A stretch of DNA of 64,000 nucleotides from contig JBFWWG010000001.1 of the NCBI GenBank assembly GCA_050246315.1, positions 128,001-192,000 on the forward strand, written 5' to 3'. Origin of the DNA: Nitrospiraceae bacterium. GTDB lineage: Bacteria; Nitrospirota; Nitrospiria; Nitrospirales; Nitrospiraceae. Each line of letters opens with the position of its first letter. The first letter of the stretch is position 1. The translations under genes and the position numbers were made by a program. Below, in pieces: positions 46,835 through 56,136 of this stretch. The notes beneath the pieces were generated by a model. It searched no databases, had not been told where the DNA came from, and saw only the letters and a program-made list of their open reading frames with translations.

Positions 46835-47647
46835 ATGAGTCGCGATGCTCAACCAGAATCACTGACACACGCCATGGATACGGCGGTCGCCGCCGCGCGG
46901 AAAGCCGGCGCGCTTCTTCGTGAACAGGCGGAGTCGGGGTTCGGGATCGAACGAAAGACATCAATCGTCAACCTGGTAACCGATGCCGACCGAGCTGCGG
47001 AAGAGTCGATCGTGACACAGCTTCTGGCCGCATACCCGACGCACGGGGTGCTCGCCGAGGAACGGGGACAGGACGGCCGTGTGGAATCACACTGCCGATG
47101 GATTATCGATCCGCTCGACGGCACCACCAACTTCGCCCACGGCTTTCCCTTCTATTCCATCTCCATTGCGCTGGAACAGCAGGGAACCTGCGTCCTGGGC
47201 GTGGTCCTGGACCCGATTCATGACGAACTGTTCACGGGCGAGATGGGACGAGGCGCGCGGCTCAACGGCCGGCCGATACAGGTATCCCGTGTGGCGGTCC
47301 TGGATGACGCGCTGCTGGCCACCGGGTTCGCCTATGACATCCGGGAGGCCGCCGACAACAACCTGGACCACTTCAACCGCTTTGCATTGCGCGCACAGGG
47401 AATTCGCCGCACAGGATCGGCGGCCTTGGATCTCTGCTACGTGGCGGCGGGAAGACTTGATGGCTATTGGGAGGTGACACTGAGCCCTTGGGACTCGGCC
47501 GCCGGATCGGTCATCCTGAGGGAAGCCGGTGGCCGGATCACGCACTTCGATGGCTCCCGCTATTCCATCTACGGTCAGAACCTGGTCGCCAGCAATGGCC
47601 CGCTACATCCATCTCTGTTGCAGGTGTTGGCCGAACGGTCGAAATAG
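46835..47647 (+). CDS. suhB: Inositol monophosphatase family protein
   Basis: LVTDAD, AEE, WIIDPLDGTTNF, GSAALDL, WDSAAG. Confidence 0.93.
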   Translation: MSRDAQPESLTHAMDTAVAAARKAGALLREQAESGFGIERKTSIVNLVTDADRAAEESIVTQLLAAYPTHGVLAEERGQDGRVESHCRWIIDPLDGTTNFAHGFPFYSISIALEQQGTCVLGVVLDPIHDELFTGEMGRGARLNGRPIQVSRVAVLDDALLATGFAYDIREAADNNLDHFNRFALRAQGIRRTGSAALDLCYVAAGRLDGYWEVTLSPWDSAAGSVILREAGGRITHFDGSRYSIYGQNLVASNGPLHPSLLQVLAERSK

Positions 47648-47741
47648 GGAGGCGACCTTGCGACTGGTGGCGACCGCCCGGGTGTACAGCCCGCAGGTCG
47701 TTGGGGTATGATGCGGCTCCCATTTCATCCAGGTTGGACAC

Positions 47742-48020
47742 ATGGCGTCTCAAGGGCCTCAGAATCAGAACCACGAGCAGGGCGAATCGTCAGACCAGAC
47801 AGTGACGGTCAAGGAGGTCGAACTCCTCCGCGTGATGGTCAGTCGAAGCGGACTGGCGGTCTCCGCCGAGTGGGCGATCCATCCGCAACTCAAGCAGGAT
47901 TTACCTCCCGACGATTGGAAGGAAGTCGCCGACCTCATGGGCAAGGTGACCAATCTGGTGGGTTCTCGATTCAAGCAAGTCCTTTCCGAGGTCGAGCCTG
48001 ATCCACCGGGCAACGCGTGA
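47742..48020 (+). CDS. Hypothetical protein (92 aa)
   Basis: Plausible RBS, protein-like composition, no competing gene. Confidence 0.6.
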   Translation: MASQGPQNQNHEQGESSDQTVTVKEVELLRVMVSRSGLAVSAEWAIHPQLKQDLPPDDWKEVADLMGKVTNLVGSRFKQVLSEVEPDPPGNA

Positions 48021-48101
48021 CCGATCCGGCCGTCGCCCCGCCGTCTTCCTCTCTACCGGCCGTGTCCGTTCATCTGATCCGACAGCGTGAAGGAGGCCGT
48101 A

Positions 48102-48434
48102 ATGGAGACCTATTACCATCCCCATGACCTGGGCAAGTTCGCCGATATGGGCAAGGGAAACAAGGAACTGTGGGACAAATTCATGAGTTACTACAGCGCC
48201 GTCTTTGCGGAGGGCGCCCTCACGGAGCGCGAAAAGGCGCTCATCGCCCTGGGAGTTTCCCATGCCGTGCAATGCCCTTACTGCATCGACGCCTATACGC
48301 AAGCCGCTCTGGAGAAGGGTTCGAACGTGGAGGAGATGACCGAAGCCGTCCATGTGGCCTGCGCGATTCGCGGGGGAGCTTCGCTGGTGCATGGCGTGCA
48401 GATGCGGAACGTAGCCGAGAAGTTGTCCATGTGA
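48102..48434 (+). CDS. AhpD/carboxymuconolactone-decarboxylase-like protein
   Basis: AAGGAGG RBS; GALTEREKALIAL, QCPYCID. Confidence 0.88.
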   Translation: METYYHPHDLGKFADMGKGNKELWDKFMSYYSAVFAEGALTEREKALIALGVSHAVQCPYCIDAYTQAALEKGSNVEEMTEAVHVACAIRGGASLVHGVQMRNVAEKLSM

Positions 48435-48539
48435 GAAGGGATGATCGGACGTCAGTCGTCTACCGCCAAGCGGACCAGAGGTGTTGTTCCCTTCGCGATT
48501 GACACATACCCGTTGACGAGTGGCGAATGACGGGCTGGT

Positions 48540-49553
48540 TTACGCCGGCAGGTAGCCATTGGCCCGGAACCAGGAGATGGCGTCCCGGATCGCTTGGTCG
48601 ATCGGACGTTTGGCGGTGAATCCCAGCTCGCGGGTGGCCTTGGAGCAGTCATACTGCTGCATGTGGGCCAACATCTCGACAAAGAAGCCTGGCACCGGCG
48701 ACGGGCGCCTGAGGATCGTCCGGACTCCCCAGTCAAAGGCCTTGAAAGCCGGACGGGCGAACCAGGGTGGTATGGGAACCAGCGGAGCCACCACGCCCAG
48801 CTCCCTGGCGATCAGCCGGTTCACCTCCTGTTGAGTCGTGTTCCAATTGCCAAGCAGATACCGCTCACCGACCCTGCCCCGTTCCGCCGCGAGGATCATG
48901 CCCTCCGCCACGTCTCGCACATCAATCGCGTTGACCGGCCCATCGATATAGCCCGGCATCAGCCTTCGGGCAATCATCAGAACCACCGTTCCGCTGGTGG
49001 GTTTGCTGTCGTAGGGTCCGTAGCAGGCGGTGGGACAGACGATGACCGCCGGTAGGCCTGCCTCGGCCGCCTGCTTCACCTCCCGTTCCATTTCGACCTT
49101 GGCCATCAGATAGGGATTGTCGCGATAGCGGGTCGAAAACACGCAATCCTCATTCGCCAGTTGACCGACTTGGGCGGGATAGCCGATCGTCATCAAGGCG
49201 CTGACGAAGACCATCCGCTCGACGTTGGCGGCGCGGACAGCTTCTAAAACGTGGTGCGTCTCCTGGAGAGCTTGCCGAACTGCTGTGCCGACGGGAACGG
49301 TAGCGGGAGGGTAGTAGCCGGCGACATGATAGACCCTGGCGATTCCCTCGCAGGCTGCGGCGAGTGACCCTGGCTCGTTCAGATCGCCCGGGACACGCTC
49401 GACATCGAGCCCATGAAGGGTCGCATGGCCCTTCGCCTGCTTGCTGGATTGGATCGGCCTGGCCAGCACCCGAACATGCTCACCGCGGGCCAAGAGCGCA
49501 CGGACGAGATTGGAACCGAGAAAACCGGTACCGCCGAGGACCAGGACCCGCAT
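48540..49553 (-). CDS. NAD-dependent epimerase/dehydratase (HpnA/DFR-like extended SDR)
   Basis: GGTGFLG, YLMAK, YGPYD, DVRDVAEG. Confidence 0.9.
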   Translation of the reverse strand: MRVLVLGGTGFLGSNLVRALLARGEHVRVLARPIQSSKQAKGHATLHGLDVERVPGDLNEPGSLAAACEGIARVYHVAGYYPPATVPVGTAVRQALQETHHVLEAVRAANVERMVFVSALMTIGYPAQVGQLANEDCVFSTRYRDNPYLMAKVEMEREVKQAAEAGLPAVIVCPTACYGPYDSKPTSGTVVLMIARRLMPGYIDGPVNAIDVRDVAEGMILAAERGRVGERYLLGNWNTTQQEVNRLIARELGVVAPLVPIPPWFARPAFKAFDWGVRTILRRPSPVPGFFVEMLAHMQQYDCSKATRELGFTAKRPIDQAIRDAISWFRANGYLPA

Positions 49554-49637
49554 CCGTCTTCTCCGGGCTCTCTCTCTCGCCCGCTCCCGTGAGAGGAGAG
49601 TAGGGACGAGGAGGTGATGAAGGGGTGGGCCACCGGG

Positions 49638-49985
49638 CTAGCCGCTCACTCGAAACGGCTCAAACGCCCGATCCGCCTTGGCCGCCATATAGAAATCGCT
49701 CTCAGTCAGACCATTGATCTTATGAGTCCAGATCTCCACCTTGCATTTGCCCCAGGCCAGATAGAGGTCCGGATGGTGCCCTTCCGCCTCGGCGATCCCT
49801 CCCACCTTGTTCACAAAATCGAGCGCCTGCGCAAAATCTTTGAAGGTGTAGAGCCGCTCCAAATGCCCCGCCCCATTCAGCGACCAGCCGCGGCCGAGTT
49901 CCGTCAGGAGTTCCTGCGTACGTGCAGCCGGCAGGGGAGGCACCCCGCCCCGGCAGGGCACGCATTTATTGTCCGCCAATCCCAT
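49638..49985 (-). CDS. phhB: Pterin-4-alpha-carbinolamine dehydratase
   Basis: CVPCRGG, AEAEGHHPD, WTHKINGLTESDF. Confidence 0.93.
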   Translation of the reverse strand: MGLADNKCVPCRGGVPPLPAARTQELLTELGRGWSLNGAGHLERLYTFKDFAQALDFVNKVGGIAEAEGHHPDLYLAWGKCKVEIWTHKINGLTESDFYMAAKADRAFEPFRVSG

Positions 49986-50075
49986 ATTGCCCCCTTTCAC
50001 CTGCCGCTCCGCCTCAGATAGTCCGTCTTTTGTATGGCACCGAGCCACTCATCGCACGCGACAATACACACCCTG

Positions 50076-50528
50076 TCACGGTTTGTGCCCGCGCTCGAAA
50101 AAGAGTCCGCGATTGACGTCGCCGACGCTGACGATCCCGACCAACTTTCCTCGTTCGACGACTGGGATGCGCCGGAAATTCTTGAGCCCCATGTAAGAGG
50201 CCGCTTGCAATACGGGGTCGTTCGGCGACACGGTCATCGGGTTGACGCTCATAACCTCCTCGACCTTCTTCCCTAACACCTCGGAGTAGCCCTCTTCCAT
50301 CTCGACAAAATCGCGGCTATGGACGTTATCGTGAATGTAGTCGCCGTAGTTGGGGTAGAGGGGCAGGAGCACGTCCCGCAGGGTCACGATGCCCACCAAG
50401 CGTCCGTCGTCCTCGACGACCGGCACAGACGCAAAATGCCGACTGAGCATCTTCACGACCGCCGAGCGCACCGTATCGGTCTTTTTCGCCGTGACTACAC
50501 CGGTCGACATCACCTCATGCACAAGCAT
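50076..50528 (-). CDS. CBS-pair protein
   Basis: Two CBS motifs (VPVVEDDGRLVGIVT, IPVVERGKLVGIVS). Confidence 0.9.
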   Translation of the reverse strand: MLVHEVMSTGVVTAKKTDTVRSAVVKMLSRHFASVPVVEDDGRLVGIVTLRDVLLPLYPNYGDYIHDNVHSRDFVEMEEGYSEVLGKKVEEVMSVNPMTVSPNDPVLQAASYMGLKNFRRIPVVERGKLVGIVSVGDVNRGLFFERGHKP

Positions 50529-50649
50529 GGCACCCTCCTTTCGCAGGCTCGTCACGTCCTGAATCGTAGCGCCTGATAACCTCAGGGGGGAAAGCCTAGC
50601 ACCGGGCGGGAATCATCGCAAGGGCGGGGCCGCGGCAAACAGAAGAACT

Positions 50650-50780
50650 CCGTCACTCGTCATTCGTCACACGTCAGATGGATCGGACCGGTACGTCTTC
50701 TCATCCTGGTCTCCTTGTCGCTGCTCGATTGACAGATGACGACTGACGCTTGGCCCTTGACGCCTGACGCTTGACGACAG
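50650..50780. repeat. Oppositely oriented heptamer-like arrays (CGTCA-rich, then TGACG-rich)
   Basis: cgtcactcgtcattcgtcacacgtca ... tgacgactgacgcttggcccttgacgcctgacgcttgacga. Confidence 0.6.
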
Positions 50781-50844
50781 GTCGAGCCGCCGCGATCACC
50801 CACCAATCAGATACCAGCCTGGGAACGGCCTCACCATCCTGACG

Positions 50845-52095
50845 TTACTTCGCATCCCGGGCACAGCGGAAGCCTTCGAACCCTTCACCGGCCCGAGCAT
50901 ACTTTCGGATCTGATAGTCAATCTGCGATCCTTCCATTGGTTTCGCTCGGAACGCGCTCAGACTCCCTCGGATCGTTTTCTCGCGTTGATCGCCGGGACC
51001 GGCGGAGAATCTCGACTCCTGGTAGGGACTGGATGTCCATTCCGTGACATTCGGGTCAAGGATGCGGCCCTCGGTATCATGCGCCGCCTTTTCCCATTCG
51101 TCCTCGGTGGGCAGCCGCTTTCCAGCCCATTTGCAGAAAGCCACGGCGTCGTACCATCCCACGTCATCCACGGCTAGGTTGTGATCGCCGGACCAGTCGC
51201 GCGCTTCCCCGGAGGCTCCCGTGACAGGGCGGCCGGTCGTTTCCACAAATTCCTTGAAGCGTTTGACGGTCACCAGACTCTTATCGATGTAAAAATCATC
51301 GGCGACATAGAGACTGGCGGAAGCAGCATCGACCTCCTCGACGAATCCTCCACCGTAGACCGCTACGATCTTGGTCGGAATACGTCCGGCCCGGATCAGC
51401 ACCATCGGCGCGCCGTCTTTGCCGGTGATCTCCCTCATCGCTGTGCCTTCCGGCATGACCTGCCAGCCTTTCAACGCCACCTCAAGGATGGCCGAAGGCA
51501 CCGCATAGCCCATTCGGTCTCGGGCATCGGTCACGACACCCACAACGGTCCCGGCACGAAGCACCGGGCTTCCTGAATGGCCCTCCTCGATCAGGGCCTG
51601 AAAGGACAGCTCCGGTCCTTTGAGTCCGTTCAGACTGCCGGTCGAAACGGCCCAAGGCGCCAATGTCCGTGGAAACCCGATGAGCGTGATCGGTTCGCCG
51701 CCGGTTATCTGGCCGACGCGATCGATCGTCAGCGCGATCAGGCCTTCAGGGAGCGGACCGGAGACAAGCAATGAGGCGAGACCCTTCTGGTTCTGGCTCT
51801 CGATGCCGATGAGACGGGCGGGGAAGCTCTGTTGAGGCTGGGGATAGAATGTGACCTGCGGCCGAGGATCGCCTTCGATGACGTGGGAGGCGGTGACGAG
51901 ATAGGCGGCACCCTTTTCCAGCCGGACGATGAACCCGCTCCCGACCTTCGGCTGCTGCCCCTCGACCTGCGCCGTGATCCTTACCACACCGCTCTTGAGG
52001 TCTTCGATGTCCTGAGCCCGGAGAAACTGGGAAGGCAGGAACAGGATTAGAATCGCAACAAACGCCCTGATGAAGACCGTTCGCGAAAAGGGCAC
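50845..52095 (-). CDS. Exported trypsin-like peptidase fused to FGE-sulfatase (SUMF1) domain
   Basis: Signal peptide, [38 protein letters not shown]; start uncertain because the ORF N-terminus runs through repeats. Confidence 0.8.
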   Translation of the reverse strand: MPFSRTVFIRAFVAILILFLPSQFLRAQDIEDLKSGVVRITAQVEGQQPKVGSGFIVRLEKGAAYLVTASHVIEGDPRPQVTFYPQPQQSFPARLIGIESQNQKGLASLLVSGPLPEGLIALTIDRVGQITGGEPITLIGFPRTLAPWAVSTGSLNGLKGPELSFQALIEEGHSGSPVLRAGTVVGVVTDARDRMGYAVPSAILEVALKGWQVMPEGTAMREITGKDGAPMVLIRAGRIPTKIVAVYGGGFVEEVDAASASLYVADDFYIDKSLVTVKRFKEFVETTGRPVTGASGEARDWSGDHNLAVDDVGWYDAVAFCKWAGKRLPTEDEWEKAAHDTEGRILDPNVTEWTSSPYQESRFSAGPGDQREKTIRGSLSAFRAKPMEGSQIDYQIRKYARAGEGFEGFRCARDAK

Positions 52096-52140
52096 GCGAG
52101 TGAACCTAATCCGAAAACAATCGAGGCCCCACAACCCCGT

Positions 52141-52281
52141 ATTTCCTTCGCCCCATGTGGGGAGAGGGGAGGGGGAGGGGCACATCCTCGCGGCTCCACC
52201 CTCACCTGTTTCCTCTCCCTCCGCACCCGTTGCATTGAGGAGAGCACAGGGTACCCGGCTGGCGGACTTTTTCAACATCTT
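52141..52281. repeat. Intergenic repeat composite (GGGAGAGGG/CCCTC palindromes plus MITE-like end)
   Basis: ccttcgccccatgtggggagaggg...; GCTGGCGGACTTTTTCAACATCT resembles the end of the element at 4008. Confidence 0.55.
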
Positions 52282-52282
52282 G

Positions 52283-53353
52283 CTACTGACGTTCTAAGGC
52301 GAAAGAGCCGGAGTTGCCGTTACTGCAGGTCAGATAACCCTGGATCATTTTTCCGCCGTCAGCGACTTCGGAGGTAAAATCGCAACCCACACCCTGGTAG
52401 ACCTGCGACGCCAGGCGTCCGGCAAAGACATTGCCCTGCACCTGGCCTTGCATCACGCCGGCATCGCCTGCATTGTCGGCATAGGTGCCGCTGACCTGAT
52501 CGCCAGTTTGTTGATAGGTCGTTTGGATGACGGATGTGCCTCCCAACAGGGTCATCGCAAAGCCCTGATACGTGCCAGACACCAATCCTATTGCCGGCCC
52601 ACTTGGCGTTGCCGGCGGTGCCGTCATGACCGGTTCCAGTCGATTTTCAGGAGTGGGTTTCGATGGCGGCTTCGGTTCCTCCGAGAGCCGCACACCCCAG
52701 CTATCCAAGGCAAACCTCGCCACCACGGCGGGTACGGCGGTGTTAAACTTGGCCCCCACCTGCGTCACAATGCCCACGACCCTGCCTTGGAACAAGACCG
52801 GCCCACCCGAGTTGCCCTCATCGGCTGTGCCTGAGAAGGAGAGGGCACTCCCCCGGCGACCCGAAAGCGTGCCCGTGGTCACTGTCCACATAGACCCTTC
52901 CGCGCGTGGGAAGCCGATCAAGGTAATGGGTTCGCCTCCGCTGACGGCAGCCGTCTGGTCGAGAGTCAAGGCCACGAGATCGGCGGGAAGCTTTCCTTCG
53001 ACGAGAATTGCAGCTAATCCGGCCGGATCGCCTCCCTCCAGCCCCAGCACGCGAGCGCGGAAGGAGCGGTGCGGCGCGGCCCAGAAAAACACGTTCGGCT
53101 GTGGATCGCCTTCGATGACATGGGAAGCCGTCACGATGTAGACATGGTCCTCCTCCACCTTGACGACGACCCCGGAACCGACCCGATTCGTGCCTTCCAC
53201 CTGCGCCGTGATCTTCACGACGCCTTTCTTGACCTGGGCGATGTCCTGAGCCAGAACCGGGTCGGGGAACGAGGCGAAGTAGAGGGAGAGCAAGAGGATA
53301 GGAACGAAAGTCACCAACCGCCGAGGCAAATCCAAGTCAATCGAGTGGGGCAT
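52283..53353 (-). CDS. Exported trypsin-like peptidase with Pro-rich linker and small C-terminal beta domain
   Basis: Signal peptide, TASHV, GNSGGP; C-terminal domain with two Cys. Confidence 0.82.
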   Translation of the reverse strand: MPHSIDLDLPRRLVTFVPILLLSLYFASFPDPVLAQDIAQVKKGVVKITAQVEGTNRVGSGVVVKVEEDHVYIVTASHVIEGDPQPNVFFWAAPHRSFRARVLGLEGGDPAGLAAILVEGKLPADLVALTLDQTAAVSGGEPITLIGFPRAEGSMWTVTTGTLSGRRGSALSFSGTADEGNSGGPVLFQGRVVGIVTQVGAKFNTAVPAVVARFALDSWGVRLSEEPKPPSKPTPENRLEPVMTAPPATPSGPAIGLVSGTYQGFAMTLLGGTSVIQTTYQQTGDQVSGTYADNAGDAGVMQGQVQGNVFAGRLASQVYQGVGCDFTSEVADGGKMIQGYLTCSNGNSGSFALERQ

Positions 53354-53752
53354 CCTTCTGCATCCCAATCAACGCGATGTTGGAATGACCATTGTAGTTG
53401 AGCATGATCTCATAAACCACCAAGCCGGCCAAGCACTGGCACGCGCACCAGATGACCGATGTTCGAAAAGACACCTGGAGTCTTCACGTCACACGGAACT
53501 GGCGCCTGACCTACCGAGTCGACACCGGCGAACAGGAGAACCGCGACGTAACTAGAGAGGGGTCATGCCGTGCGGATGTAGTCGTCCTGTGACATCGCCC
53601 GCACCAGAAAGCGAGCACGGACCATCAAGGTTCGGCGCTACCTCCACACGGCAGAGGCTCCGGCGCGGTAGCATGCCGTGATCTTCCCGCCGGCCGCCTG
53701 TCCATTCATGCCGATTCATTCGACACATCACCCATTCATCCCTGGCGAGATT

Positions 53753-53963
53753 CTCCGCTCGTCTTGAGCATCATTCTCGGTCGTCCTGAGCTTCATCTCC
53801 GTTGGTCCTAAGCTTCCTCTCCGCTCGTCCTGAGCTTCATCTCCGTTCGTCCTGAGCTTCATCTCCGTTCGTCCTGAGCTTCATCTCCGTTCGTCCTGAG
53901 CTTCATCTCCGTTCGTCCTGAGCTTCATCTCCGTTCGTCCTGAGCCAGTCGAAGGACGAACGG
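53753..53963. repeat. Tandem array of nine 22-bp units ending in a full hairpin
   Basis: CTCCGTTCGTCCTGAGCTTCAT; units 1-4 degenerate, 5-8 perfect, unit 9 extends to CCGTTCGTCC...GGACGAACGG. Confidence 0.92.
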
Positions 53964-53997
53964 CCTCCGGACGCACTGTTCAGAGGCTGCGGTGAGC

Positions 53998-54288
53998 CTA
54001 TCGAGTCGGACGCTCCCCTCTCGCCAAGCGAGAGACTTCCGCCCAATCCCCCCGCATCATGGCTTCCTTCTTCTTGCGGCTCCAGCCCTTGATCCGCCGT
54101 TCAGAAGCCAAGGCCTCCTCCCGGGTTGAAAACACCTCGGAGTAGAGGAGCGTTATTGGGCATCTCGTCGCCGTGTAGCCGGTCACCTGGCCGGTATGAT
54201 GTTCGGCCAGACGCTTTTCCAGATCATCGGTATGCCCGGTATAGTACGCCCCGTCGGCGCAGCGCAAGACATACACCCAGAAACTCAT
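53998..54288 (-). CDS. Stand-alone GIY-YIG nuclease (UPF0213-like)
   Basis: WVYVLRCADGAYYTGHTDDLEKRLAEH...EALASERRIKGWSRKKKEA. Confidence 0.93.
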   Translation of the reverse strand: MSFWVYVLRCADGAYYTGHTDDLEKRLAEHHTGQVTGYTATRCPITLLYSEVFSTREEALASERRIKGWSRKKKEAMMRGDWAEVSRLARGERPTR

Positions 54289-54335
54289 GGCACTCGTCCG
54301 GAATTACTGTCGTGCCCCACACATGTGTTCATAAT

Positions 54336-54687
54336 CCGTTCGTGCTGAGCCCTTCGATCAACCAACCGTTCGTCCTGAGGCTCTCGAAGGAGACGGTTGG
54401 TGTTCTCAGGACAGGCCCTTCGACTCGCTCAGGACAGGCCCTTCGACCGGCTCAGGGCGAACGGATTATGACCGGAACCTACGGGACGCAACCCTGGCTC
54501 ATGGTTCGACTAGTGTTGCGTCCCAGAAGTCCGTTCGTGGTGAGCTTATCGAACCCTGCGGTGAGCTCAGTCGAACCGCATGAACGGAACTCCTTGAACG
54601 TGCGCCCTTCGACCGGCTCAGGACAGGCCCTTCGACTGGCTCAGGGCGAACGGATTGTTACCGGAATTTGTGGGACGCTACACTGGC
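54336..54687. repeat. Two duplicated REP-like modules
   Basis: CCGTTCGTNNTGAG arms facing CCCTTCGACNNGCTCAGG(ACAGG/GCGAACGG) arms; 54416-54498 duplicated at about 54605-54687. Confidence 0.85.
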
Positions 54688-54777
54688 ACCAGGAGCCGCC
54701 GATCGGAGCTTGTTGGCCCCTTGCGAGAAACGCCGAAGAACAAGAGAAAAGGGAACAGGGATATAGGGTAAAGGGAA

Positions 54778-56136
54778 TCACCGAACGTCCTGGGCACAGC
54801 GGAACCCGACGTCGCGGTTCCTGCCCATCGGGGTGTACCAGTCCCGGTCCGTGGCTCGCAACCCGGCCGCGAGGCTGTTCCACGACCCACCGCGGATCAC
54901 CTTGCTGTCCCCCCGGTCATAATCCGAACTCGTCCACTCCCACACGTTGCCGGCCAGGTCATGAATCCCATAGGGACTCACGCCCGCCTCATGGCTCCCA
55001 ATCACCCCCAAGGTCCCATAGCCATTCCACTTTGTGTTAAACAGCGCATGCCGACTGGTGGGTTCCTCGTTGCCCCACGGGTACCTCCGGCCGTCGGTGC
55101 CGCGGGCCGCCTTCTCCCACTCCTGCTCGGTCGGCAACCGTTTGCCGTAATGCTTGCAGTAGGCATCCGCATCGTGCCACGTAACATTGACGACGGGTCG
55201 GTCGCCACTTCCCACCAAGGCGACCTGTTGCGACCATTCCTCTGGCTCCGAACGACGGGTCGCTTGCAGGAAAGCGGCATACAGCCTCGTGCTGACTTCA
55301 AACTTGTCTATGTAGAAGGCCGACAGCGACAGCTTCTGATTGTCGTCCCCATACAGGAACTCCCCTTCCGGTACCAACATCATCGGCGCACCGTCCTTGC
55401 CGGTGATCTCACGATCCAGGACCAGTTGCCGCGGTTCCAGTTTGGCCGTCTCAACAGGGGGAGGCGAGGGTTCGGGAGCGGTCGATGCCGTGCTCGTGCG
55501 TTCCCGAGCCATGATGCCGAAGCCCCGAATATACGCTTCGACCCTGTCGGCTGTCAGGCCGCGGCCGGATACCTCTGTCGCCATCACAATCCCAATGACT
55601 TTGCCTTGCCGAATGATCGGACCACCGGAATTCCCAGTGTCAACGGTGGGGGAGAAAAAGATGTCGCTCGCTAAACTCGATCCGACGCTTCCCTTGATCA
55701 CATGCCACGGGCCCGTACCTCGTGGAAATCCAATCACAATGATGTCTTCTCCGGCTGAAAACTTCCTTGTTCCATCGAGCGCCAATGCGGTGATCCCGGT
55801 CGGTAGATTCTGTCTACCCTTCACCAACAGCAATGCCAAACCTCTCATTTCATCATCGCCTTCAGCCCCGCGCAGTACTTCGGCCGGCACCAGGACATGT
55901 TTCTTGGTGAAGAATTCGACCTTGGGGTTGGGATCTGCTGCTACCACATGGGCCGCTGTGAGGATGTATGCCGCATCACTCTCCAAGCGAACGATAATGC
56001 CCGTTCCTGGCCGCTTAGACTCAACTCTGACCACCCCTGATTGCAGACCCGCGACGTCCTGAGCACACACGAAGCCACTTTGGGCCACTCCAAGAATCAT
56101 AACCAGGCAGGCCACAACAATGATTCGGACCCTCAC
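54778..56136 (-). CDS. Exported trypsin-like peptidase fused to FGE-sulfatase domain
   Basis: GTG with AAGGAG RBS overlapping the TIR stop; TAAHV, GNSGGP, RLPTEQEWEKAARG, DLAGNVWEW, RGGSW, GFRC. Confidence 0.88.
   Translation of the reverse strand: MRVRIIVVACLVMILGVAQSGFVCAQDVAGLQSGVVRVESKRPGTGIIVRLESDAAYILTAAHVVAADPNPKVEFFTKKHVLVPAEVLRGAEGDDEMRGLALLLVKGRQNLPTGITALALDGTRKFSAGEDIIVIGFPRGTGPWHVIKGSVGSSLASDIFFSPTVDTGNSGGPIIRQGKVIGIVMATEVSGRGLTADRVEAYIRGFGIMARERTSTASTAPEPSPPPVETAKLEPRQLVLDREITGKDGAPMMLVPEGEFLYGDDNQKLSLSAFYIDKFEVSTRLYAAFLQATRRSEPEEWSQQVALVGSGDRPVVNVTWHDADAYCKHYGKRLPTEQEWEKAARGTDGRRYPWGNEEPTSRHALFNTKWNGYGTLGVIGSHEAGVSPYGIHDLAGNVWEWTSSDYDRGDSKVIRGGSWNSLAAGLRATDRDWYTPMGRNRDVGFRCAQDVR

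Noticed and set aside
52096..52278. N-terminal extension MLKKSAS...[12 protein letters not shown] of the trypsin-FGE ORF
   Set aside because: Translation of intergenic repeats; the signal peptide begins downstream
53753..53963. Possible CRISPR array
   Set aside because: 22-bp units are head-to-tail with no unique spacers, and no cas genes are present
54126..55040. 304-aa plus-strand ORF
   Set aside because: Read-through of REP repeats and antisense to two real genes
50845..55100. Diversity-generating retroelement targeting the FGE domains
   Set aside because: No reverse transcriptase and no template repeat with adenine-specific differences seen in the window
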